A DNA stretch of 64,000 nt. Source: the human T2T-CHM13v2.0 reference genome, Homo sapiens. This document shows, piece after piece, positions 44,559-57,773 of this stretch. A program made the position numbers and the translations under genes. The stretch lies in NCBI RefSeq assembly GCF_009914755.1, contig NC_060928.1; one strand, given 5' to 3'. The notes under the pieces are model-generated. The model was not told the DNA's origin, made no database searches, and was given only the letters and a program-made list of their open reading frames with translations. Numbering within the stretch: position 1 is the stretch's first letter; each line of letters begins with the position of its first letter.

Positions 44559-45895
44559 CTGTAGGCCCCCCTTATCCAGTTTCACTTTCTGCAGTGGGTT
44601 ATCTTTGGTCAACAATGGTCCAAAGAATTAAATGGAAAATTCCAGGAATATCGTAAGTTTTGCACTGCATGCCATTCTGAGCAGTGTGATGAAATCCCGC
44701 ATTGTCTCATTCCATCCTGCCTGGGATGCGAATTCTTTCTCTGTCTAGGGTAACCATGCTGGCTTCTCTACCTGTTAGTTAGTCACAGTAGCTGTTACAA
44801 ACCAAAAAGTATCTGAGACATCTGAGACAGGTCTCAAGCAATTTCGAAAGTTTATTTTGCCAAGGTTAAGGACACCCACCTCAGAGGCAGGTCTGCGCCT
44901 TTGTCGGAAGATGATTTTGAGGGCTTCAATATTTAAAGGGGAAAGGGCAGATACTGGGGAAAGAGAAAGAAATTTTCAAAAGGTGTGGGTAGATAAGAGA
45001 CAAACGGTTGCAATTTTTTTTGTCTTTGGCCTTTCACCAAGTACACAATTTACATGTGAGGAGGGTAGAGGAACTCTATCTCGGTGAATCTGCATTTTTA
45101 CATCAGAGGATATGCAATCAGATATGCATTTGTCTCAGGTGAGCAGAAGGATGACTTAGAGTTCTGCCCTTCTGATCTGTGAAGATAAACTATTAATTTA
45201 CATTGTCAAGGTAAGATTCAACCGAATGGTTTTAAGGTAAATACCTTGGGGCCCAAAAGAAATTTCCTAGTGGGCAAATTGTGAAGGGAGTATGCAGCTT
45301 TTTAAAAATCTTTGCAACTATCTTATTCAGGAATAAAATGGGAGGCACGTGTGCCTGATGCAGTTCTCAGCTTGACTTTTCCCTTTGGCTTAGTGATTTT
45401 GGGGTCCCGAGACTTATTTTCCTTCCACACCATATTGGTTATTAGATCAGCTTTCAAGATACTGCAGTGCTTACGTTCAAGTAACCTTTATTTTACTTAA
45501 TAATGGCCCCAGAGCACAAGACTAGTTAGTAATGCTGGCAATTGAATATGCCAAGAGAAGCCATTAAGTGCTTCCTTTCCTTCAAGTAAAAAGGTGAAAG
45601 TTCTTGACTTAAGGAAAGAAAATAAATTGTATGGTAAGGTTGCTAAGATCTACTGTGAAAACACATCTATCTATGAAACTGTGAAGAAGGAAAAAGATAT
45701 CTGTGTTAGTTTTGCTGTCATACCTCAGACTGCGAAAGTTTTGGCCACAGTGCAGGATGAGTACTTAGCTAAGATTGAAAAGACACGAACATAAATGTGT
45801 TCCAATTGATGGCAATCATCTTCCATACTATCTGAGGTTTCAGGCATCCATTGGGGGTCTTGGAACATATTGCTTGTGGATAAGGGGGGATACTG
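44559..45895 (+). mobile_element. MER44C/D (Tigger7-derived TcMar) element split by a MER4 LTR
   Basis: TIRs 'ctgtaggccccccttatcc' and 'ggataaggggggatactg' with TA flanks. Remnant N-terminal transposase HTH (KVLDLRKENKLYGKVAKIY, 45594-45794). Confidence 0.85.
44796..45429 (-). mobile_element. MER4A-like ERV1 solo LTR
   Basis: Minus strand begins 'tgtggaaggaaaataagtctcgggaccccaaaatcactaagccaaagggaaaagtcaagctg'. Other end 'aaaccaaaaagtatctgagac'. Confidence 0.88.
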
Positions 45896-46199
45896 TATTA
45901 AAAAAATAATATTCTAATTTTCTCGCTTTATATATATTGCATATATTGGGTTAAGCAAGCTGCTTCTAAATTTAAAAGTAGCTCTCTAAATATCACTAAT
46001 AGTTATTTGTTAAATGTTGATAAAGCCCTTTGCATATGATTCCTGGAAACAGAAAATAAATGATTCTAATGACTGAATAACAAATCCTTTTGGAAGTCAA
46101 GTGACTTTTTTGTTCTTTGCTTTTAACTAAAATTGAATGAACTCCTAATTAAGATGTAAGCTGATAAATTATTAAAAATAATTTTCCTTGATAGATTTT

Positions 46200-46724
46200 G
46201 GATGCGTATTATTTATTGCTGAGTGACAAATTTCCCCAAAGCTTAGTGGCTTAAAACAGCACACTTACATCAGCTCACAGTTCTTTTGAGATCCAAGCAT
46301 GGTTCAGCTAGCTCCTCCAGTTGAAGAGAATCTCAAGAGATTACAATCAAGGAGTCAGCAGTGCTGTAGTCATCTTCAGGCTTCGTGGGAGCAGACTCCC
46401 ACGCAGAATCCTGTTGGAAGGATCTATTTCTCTTCAGGCTGTTGGCCTGAGGGCCTCTGTTCCCTGCTGGCTGCCTTTAGTTCCTTGCCATATGTGCAGC
46501 TCATAACATGGCAGCTGGCTCCATGAGAGGAGCAAGCAAGCAGTGTGAGAGTGCCAGACAGAAGTCACAGTCTGTAATAACATGACCCTCATCCCTTTTG
46601 TTATATTCTACTCCTTAGAAGCAAGTCACTAAGTCCAGCCCACACTCAAGAGGAAGGGAACTCACAGGGTGTGAATGCTAGGAGGCAGGGAGTCATTGGG
46701 ATGGTCTTAAAAGCTGCCTACCAC
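46200..46724 (-). mobile_element. MLT1F-like MaLR LTR
   Basis: 'ttattgctgagtgacaaatttccccaaagcttagtggcttaaaacag...agaagcaagtcactaagtccagcccacactcaagagg...gctgcctaccac'. Confidence 0.8.
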
Positions 46725-47834
46725 GGGTTATTCCTGTTGGTTTTAACAAAAAGAATCCTAATATCAGTGCTGCATGTGGAAACTTGAAGAATAAAACAAG
46801 GGAGAAAAAAAAATTTTTAATACTCCTAATAAGTTTATTGTGGAATTTTAATGATATTAAGATGGCATGACCACTAAATGGAGGAATACTAAAATTCTAT
46901 CCTAGATATCCTTTCCTGAGGTTCCAAATGAAATTTTAAGCATATGGGACAATAACAACAACAAAAAGCAATGTAAAACTTTATTCTGAACTGAGCTTGA
47001 ACAGAAAACTCCTACACACAACACACACATGCATACATGCACATACACAAAATTAAGCATAAGTCTGTGGTTTTGTCTCATAATTATTCCTTATTCAAAA
47101 CTCTAACATCACCAGGAACTGGCCACATAGATAAAAAGGAACTGAAGAAATACATGTCGAAGAATAAAAACACACACAAGTGGGTCCAAATCCAGCAAGA
47201 AAGGATCTGAGTCTGACAAATAGCATGTTAAGAAGACATTTGAAAGACAAGGCCCAATCAATGTAAACTAAGGCCTAACTTGTAAATGGGATAATTTAGC
47301 TACTTATTGCCTTTGATAAAAGCAAAACAGAATCTCCTTCTTGTCATCTTCAAATCATGTATGCACCATTCTCAAATTCAGAATAATGAACATAAAAACT
47401 CATTATCCAGACGTCATTTATTCTATAAATTTACGTCATCAAAATCAGCTAAAAGCCAGAAAGTTAAAAAAAAAATACTGAGTTAATATCCAAAGTCCCA
47501 GATGAACACCTAGCAAATGTACTTTCTTATCCTTTCTCCATCAGAGGCTAATCTATTTTTTGGAGTCTTGGGGGAGTTTTGGTTTTGGTTTGGTTTGGTT
47601 TTTTGCTATTTCAGGCAAAAATTGCTAAGGAAAGACTCTTAGGTTATTTTAAAACTATTTATTCTGAGCATCCAGAAGCCTATAAAATAAGATGGTGGGA
47701 ATAAGTAAAAACCTTTATAGGGCTCTTAAGAATGAACAGAAATAGGAAATTAACAATCCATAATATACATGGAAATATTTAATGCAGGAAAACCTCAATC
47801 ATCTCTGAGGTCATTACCCTTGTTTATCATGGCA

Positions 47835-48020
47835 TAATAATTGATGTACTCATTGAACAAATATTTATTGAGAGCCTACCTTGTGTTAGTCTTGGGCACA
47901 AAGAATACAGCAGAGAAGAAAACAAGTTCTTACTCTGGAGTTGTATTCTACTGCAGAGAAACATAAAATAGACATAAAATACAGACTATATCAGAAAGTG
48001 GTAAGTATGAGTATGTGTAA
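47835..48020 (-). mobile_element. L2 3' fragment
   Basis: 'cattgaacaaatatttattgagagcctaccttgtg'. Confidence 0.65.
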
Positions 48021-48034
48021 GGAAGTTCAATAAA

Positions 48035-50600
48035 TAATACCTCTCTTCACTGTTCTGGTCCCAACCAAACAGAAAAATAAGACAAAAGATTAAGACTGAT
48101 AGTAGGTCAAGATACCATCTTTATTACTGAAGAGGCCAATTTCAAAGACGTGGCTGGCAAGCAGCTAAGCTCATAATTTCAAATTCAAAAATTGGATAAA
48201 CTTTGTCATCCAATCATAGGCAAGCCTAGACAAGGGAGGGTATCCCCTTGTGAGGTACTACCGAAGTTAAGACTCTTGGAATGCAGAACCAGGAGGCTGA
48301 CTGCTCAATAGGAAGCTCTCTCCAAAAGAGAAATAGAAGGATCTGAATGTAGAGATTCCCCACAATTAGATACAAGCTCCATTCTCTTACGTAATTTCAG
48401 AGAAAATTTTTAAATTCAAATATTTAATCTCATTTCAATTTAACATCCAGAAGTATTTAAAGTCAATGGGATCAAATACTTTTGCTCGTGTAAGGTAAAG
48501 GTCAAGAAAATTCAGATCCAAAACTTAGTCTAAAGTTTCTTATTCTGCTCCAAAGGAATTCTTAATGCCTGAGTGAATTTGGGGGACCATTAATTAGCTT
48601 CAGTGTATGCTGTCTCTTAAGGGAAGAGAGTAGTTGCCTCATGGTTGCAGAAACATAATGCCAAGCCTTTGATGTACCTCCCTTGTTACAGGGTCCAAAA
48701 AGTTAACTGGACACGTAAGTATATCACAGCACCAGCCAACACCCACTAACTTAGAAAATCAACAAATCTTTACCCCAACAAAACTACTGTCCCATAAAAA
48801 ATTATGTCTCTTTAACCAAATACTTAGTGTCACAGAGACTCAATGTCAATCTAAAAAAAATAAGGCTAGATAGTTTTACCAGAATGTCAGTCAGTCTAAA
48901 CTTGGTGTCCAAAGTGCAAGACCTACAGCCTTACCCTCAGTTGAAAGCAATCTTCCAGTGAGAGGTTGATTTTGGCATTAAACATTCAGGATACAGGGGA
49001 GATCAGGGATACATTAAACATATAGGATACAGGGAATCCACCTATGGATTCTGTCTTTTCTTTCCAAAAATGGCATTGAGAAATTGCTGTCTTCTTACAA
49101 GGGCAAAATTTTGCATTGGTGTGAACTCTAGTCATCAGTTGTTTGTCAAGGAGCCTTATTTTTCCTCTGTGCATATCTAATTTCCACTTCCCTTTTGAGC
49201 CTCTTGTTATAGCACCCATTAGTAAAGGGGGCATGGGCTCTCTCTAGGGTCATCATGTTCACTCTCTCTTGTAATCAGACATTTTTTGTTCTAGGCCACA
49301 ACAGTTGTTTCCTCTACTGTTGGCAAAGAAATTGCTTAGACCTAAAAAGCCCTGCCTCCTATAGAGGATTTCTCCCTCATACAAAACAACTGATCAAGAA
49401 CCCAGTTGAGACCACAAGGTGAGAGAGAACTCTTAATCCTATGGAATAACTCTTAACCTATGGAAAGAACACACAAATCCAAACTTAACCTTTTACAGTA
49501 TCTTCCTTGAGAATCCTGAGCAGAATTTGGGACCATGAATGCAGTACTGCCTACCAAGCCTGGCACTAACAAAAAAAAAGGAAATACTAAGCCCCCTGTA
49601 GTGTTCAGTAGCACACATAGGACTTAGTCACCTTGTTGCTTAAAGGCAGAGAGTATGTTCCCTTCCCAAATGTCCAGAACAACTGTATTTGGAAGGACAC
49701 CTCACCCTTTCCTCAGATCTTCACCTCAGCAGCATCTGCGGCAAAGCTGTACCTGTGTGGTGACGGCAGCTTCACCTGAGGCCCCGTGGATCTGCTGAGG
49801 TCCTAGGCTTGCCAAGGCCTGTACTTTCAGAAGGCCTATGCTTCCTGCACCTTTGCTTGCTGCTTTTGCCAAGACCACCCATGCAGACAGCATGTGCCAA
49901 GACTTATGAGACCTCTGTGCCCTTGCTAGGCCCAGAACCTGCCACCTGGACTCTGTAGAAAGACAGTGGACTATGGAAACAGCTGTCAGTGATGCAGTCA
50001 TTCACCAAGGACAAAATACCGCATGGCCTAAGGCTTAAAGCCTCTTTCCCAGGCTGCAGAAGTTAAAAACTGTCCAAGTATAACCCTCTACAAACAGCTA
50101 AGATCAGTATACCCTCCCCATATAATAAAATCCCAAACCAAAAGCTGTGCCCTAAACACAGAAGAATCCGCCATTATTATTGTACTTCCCTCAACTTCCA
50201 GTCCTTTCTTTATTTCTCAAAGAATCAAGCATTAGGGTGTCAGGGGGTCTTATAAATATCACTGATTTTCCATTTCTTCCAGATGAAGTCCTGAACAAAT
50301 TAAAATATACGAGTGGCAACACATACAGAGCCCAAAATATCACCTGTATTATTGATAAAGACTAACTAAGAGAGTCTGGCTACAAAGGGCAAAAACTCAT
50401 TGAACCTCAGATTGAGGCAAATTTATGCATGCAGCAGTACACTACTAAAACCAGAGCAGCCTCCACTAAAAAACACCTCTAGAGAAAAAAATGAGGACTG
50501 AGCCAGAAATAGCCAGCATGTTCTTATCAAATTTACCAACCAGATAAGTCATCCCCATCCTCTGGGGTGGAGTAAACAAAGCCAAGAATTTATCCTAATT
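48035..50600 (-). mobile_element. Putative ancient Gypsy-like LTR retroelement relic (gag-pro-RT start, two diverged LTR-like ends)
   Basis: Minus-strand frameshifted motifs: HTNAKFCP (~49100-49123), GLAL/LDT (~48904-48923), LLG..DFL (~48750-48780) and HTLKLINGPP../RIPLEQNKKL (48533-48609). Direct similarity between 48112-48215 and 50337-50435. Confidence 0.45.
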
Positions 50601-50847
50601 GCATTCCCTCCGCATTAAAGGAAACATCTAGATACAGAAAATAGCTATAATAAGGTAATGGTAAATGGAACAGAGAAAAATAAAACCATGTAAAGTTGAT
50701 AGGGAATGGGCATGTTTCAAGGTGATACTTGAAACAGAGACCCAAGTGAGGGAGCAAGGCTTGCAGTATCTGCGAGAAGGGTGTTCTAGGCAGAGAGAAC
50801 AGATGGTGCAAAGGTCCTAAAGAATATCCATACTTGTTATGTTAGAG

Positions 50848-51032
50848 CCATGGTTCTCAACTGGACAATTTTGCCCCGTGGAGGACGCTTGGCAATATCT
50901 GGACACATTTTTGATTGTCACAACTCAGGGATGTAGAGAGAGATCAAGGATGCTACCAAGCATTCTAAAATGCACAGGACAACCCCTCCACAACAAAGCA
51001 TACGCCAATAGTGCCACTAATAAGAAAGCCTG
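50848..51032 (+). mobile_element. MER20 (hAT-Charlie)
   Basis: 'tggttctcaac...aattttgcccc...ttggcaatatctggacacatttttgattgtcacaact...aatgcacaggacaacccc'. 8-bp TSD TGTTAGAG and TGTTAGAA. Confidence 0.85.
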
Positions 51033-51248
51033 TGTTAGAAGCACACAGAAGAAGCCAGTGATGAAACAGAGTTAAGCAGTGGAAGAAATATTGAAGATGA
51101 ACTCAGAGGGGAAGTGGAGGCCAACCTCATGTGAGACCTTGCAGACCATGGTAAAAACTTTGGATTTTACTCTGAAGGAGCTGTGAAGCCATTGGAGAAT
51201 TTTGACAAGAGATGTGACCTAATCTGATCACATTTTTAAAAGATTCTT

Positions 51249-53851
<2,603 letters not shown>

Positions 53852-54664
53852 TAACCACCCTGTAGAGAATGGGTTCTTGGGAGGCAAGGAGAAGCTATTG
53901 AACTTCAGGTGAGAAATGATGGTGTTAGTGGTGGAGGGGGTGAGAAGTGATCAATTCTGAGTATAGTTTGAAGGTAGAATGAAAAGAATTTATGAATGCC
54001 TTGTATATGTGGGGTAAAAGAGAGGAGTCAAAGATGACTCCAAATTTTTTAGCCTGAGCAACTTGAAGAATGGGAATGTCATTTACCGAAATAAAAATAA
54101 CTGTAGGAGGAAGAGGGTTTAGGGGAGAAATTAGATGTCCATTCATAGATATCAAGCTCTAGATGCTCGTTAGGCATCCAAGTGGAAGAGACAAGTGTAT
54201 AATTAGGTATGAGAGAAATTAGAAGGTTCTGGATGGTGATAAACTGTAAAACTAGATGAGATCACGTGAGAACCACATGTGGCAAGAAAAGACTGGATTT
54301 GGGTTTAAAACTTGTAGAAATGAGAAGGTCAGCCTTCTCTGTAGGAGTAAAACAGACAGTAGTGTTTTGGAAGCCAAATAATATTTATCAAGACTGAGTC
54401 ATTGATAAAAATGTGGAATATTATTCAATGTGCTCTTTTGAAGTTCTGATAATAGGTTAAGTAAAATACATAATACATTTTAACAGGATATTTATTAAAA
54501 TATATTTTATCAGTTATATTACTTATTGTGAAAATTCATATATGGTGAATACTAGAGTCAATCTCCAAAAAGCACTAAAGTCTAATGAAGACATTCAGTA
54601 CAAAAGCCCCTGTTTTCATTTGATTTTCGGCTTATGTTGTTATTATGTTTTCTTTTTTAGCATG

Positions 54665-54846
54665 CTATGTTTCCTTTAAGATGCATGTTTTTAACATTTT
54701 TGACAACTCTAAAATCAGAAATTGTCTCACAATTGAGGTGATAAGAAGCATTGTGTATTAGTTTAATTGACTGTGATTTTCTTTTAGCAGGTAAAAAAAT
54801 AATGATGTATCAGAAATCAGAGGCATCTTAAATTTCATTAACTATG
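54665..54846. mobile_element. MER104-like (TcMar-Tc2) element
   Basis: 'taagatgcatgtttttaacatttttgacaactctaaaatcag...tagtttaattgactg...ggcatcttaaattt'. Confidence 0.6.
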
Positions 54847-55299
54847 TTGATAACTCATTAGGAATATAACTAAGGTTCTGCTCTCCACATACTAAACTGT
54901 GCAATGAAGGAATCAACTCGACTTTGGCCTACTCTCTGTTTTATTAGACATGCAACCACCACCCCCTACAGGTAGGAGGATTCTCACCACTCTGGCTAGA
55001 ATTTGCAGGTGCAGAGCTGGGAGGGATGTTATCAACAACTCCTCACATTCTCCATTCAGTTTCCTCAGGTTGCTTTAGCAGCCCAGAAGAAACTCACAGA
55101 TAGGAAATGAGGCAGATCAACAGTTTTCCCATTTAAAAAGAGTATCAGGGAACAACTCTCCATCGTCACCCTTTCCCTGCTTCATAACTGTACAAAGTCA
55201 GTTTTTTTGTATAAAACTAATAGGCCATCATTTTAGTTCAGGCCAGGCCAGCACCACCCCTCATCAGGAATACCTAATTGCTTTCCAACTGGCCATTCC

Positions 55300-55595
55300 C
55301 CTTTCACACCCTTACTAACCCCAGATGCAATCCATTGGCAAATCCTGTAAATGTCTCCAGAATCCCATGACTTCTCGCTTTCATGCCACCGTCCTCTTCT
55401 GCAATAATCCCCACTACCTGCTCTCTTCCTTGGACCTCACTTCCCTTTAGTCAATTCTCAACCCAGAACCAGAGTGGTTCTTTTTAAATGGCAGATGATG
55501 TGACTCTTCTGCTCCGAACCCTCTAAAAGCATTCTTTGTCCTCAGAGGAAAAAAAAAAACCATTGTAGTCATTACAATGGCCTACAAGCCTTTAC
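55300..55595 (+). mobile_element. L2 fragment
   Basis: 'caatccattggcaaatcctgt...attctcaacccagaaccagagtggttctttttaaa...ttacaatggcctacaagcc'. Confidence 0.65.
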
Positions 55596-55596
55596 A

Positions 55597-55705
55597 TCAG
55601 AGGTCAGTAAATTATAACCTGTTTTTCTGAGGGAAGAAAAGTCTTATTTGGAACACAGCCACATCCATTCATTTACGCATTGTCTATAGTTCCTGTCATG
55701 ATATG
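55597..55705. mobile_element. MER58A-like fragment
   Basis: 'cagaggtcagtaaattata...ttggaacacagccacatccattcatttacgcattgtctat'. Confidence 0.6.
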
Positions 55706-56306
55706 ATGATAGTCATGCATTGATTATTCATTTAATATTATTATTAGCATGCAATAAGATATAGCATTTAGTCAATAATGATTTCAAGAGAAGAACTGCT
55801 TATGAGGACATAAATCTGAATGGGAGAAGACCTAGATTTCTCCAGAGCTGTGCATAATGAGGACAGTCACAAATTAGGGGAGTAGATGGGAAGTGGGCAC
55901 TCCTGAGCTCTGCAAGTGTGAGCAAGAATAGTGGTTGAGCCATTTGGAGAAGGCACAATAGGTGAGTTAATGAGAAGATAAATGTAGCTGAGAAAATGAG
56001 AGAGGTTTTCAGCAGCTGCCTTGAATACAGTGAAACTTGGGAAGATGATGGAACAAATGATTAAAAGTATTCTAGTGAGTATTTCTAGGAAGCTTCTTAT
56101 ATGTTAGGCATTATAAAATCTTTGGGCCAGCTTCATTAAGGAAACTACACCAAAAGCCCTACATGCTCAGAAAACTATAATACTTTCATACCAGCAACAT
56201 CTTTAGTGGCTCACAGAGGGCAAAGGTTGTATTTTCTTCATCTTTGTATTCCTGCAGCTAGAATAGCCCCTGGCAAATAGTAGGTTTTCATTAGCTATCT
56301 GTTGAA

Positions 56307-56605
56307 GCCGGGGGTAGTGACATATGCTGGTAATCCCAGCACTTTGAGAAGCTGAGGCTGGAGGAACACTTGAGCTCAGGAGTTACAGACCATCCTGGGC
56401 AGGACAATGGGACCCCATCTCTACAATTTTTTAAAAAAAATTAGTTTGGTATGGTGGCATACACCTGTAGTCCCAACTACTCAGGAGGCTGAGGCACGGG
56501 GTCCCTTGATCCTAGAAGTTTGAAAGAGCAGTGAGCGATGAACATGTCCCTGCACTCCAGCCTGAGTGACAAAGCAAACTTCTAATAAATAAATAAATAA
56601 ATAAA
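56307..56605 (+). mobile_element. AluJ with (TAAA)n tail, inserted in an L2 3' end
   Basis: Diverged Alu 'cacttgagctcaggag...cctgggca'. TSD TATCTGTTGAA at 56296-56306 and 56606-56616. Confidence 0.9.
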
Positions 56606-57773
56606 TATCTGTTGAATTAATTCTAAGACTTAAAAAACTGTTTTAATCTATCTTCTTATCAGAGTTGAGGTGTGGTAGTTAGAGTAACACCAAGGAGAGC
56701 CTAAACTGCTTTTTATTGGTCACTGTTTGGGATAGAGGTGCACAAAACTATCGTTTAAATTATAAATGTTACCTAGAAGTGATAACAAATGGAACAATAA
56801 TGAGTCACTGACACTACCACCAAAACAAAATTTTTAGTTTCATTCTTAGTGTTTGAAAGAGGTTCAGGAGACAGTGACGCAGGAAAAGTCATTATAATGA
56901 AGGATAAAACCACTGCATAATGGGGAATGAAGAGAGAAGCTTGACAAAAGAAGACAATAGAAGCCTATGAAAATGACCAATTCATTATTTTAGCCATTGA
57001 CTTTATTATTTCTTGCTCCATATAATTAACATCATGGCTAAAAACAAGGCAGAAATTCTTTTAGGAATAAAATTGTCACAAGCCCTGCCTTTCCCTTCCC
57101 CATAAGGTTGATCTAACTCCATTAACTGTCAGTCTTTGATGTAAAGTATCTTACCTGACCTTCCTTCTTAGCCCCTACTGAGAATCCAAAGTAATCTAAG
57201 AGCTGTGCATTCCATTGGCAATTGGCATCTTGTAGTTGCCAATTTGGAGAAAATAATAATCTCCCCTATACTTCACCTTTGTGGATGTATTTTCCTTATT
57301 GTTTGAGAGGAACATAATACAACAGTAAGCAGATCAACTGGAACCCTTCAATCTGTAAATAAAAGGGCATTGTAAGCTACATGTTACACAGAACTCATTT
57401 GCCCAGAAATCTGATTTTATTGTTAGGAATTGGCAGCCCATCCCCAAACATGCACTTTTAATTTTTCCTGAAAAGACCACTATTTTTGTACTGATACTTC
57501 CCCACAAGTAGCATCTGATGTATTGCTATTGTCTTTGGTTAAATTAAAAGTGATGCTATCCAATTTCAAGAGCTTCACATAAATAATACCTTATGAGAAA
57601 GAAAATCTGTAAGGAATACATTCTGGATTCAGGTACTGGAATCTTTGGTAAAAGCTTGGACTTGTGGTGAAACTGGCAATGAATTATGAATACTATTTGG
57701 CTTTTGGCTATGAGAAGCATAGAAAATCAATCCCAGAATTTCCAAGTATTACAAGCATACCTGAGATGGGTGG

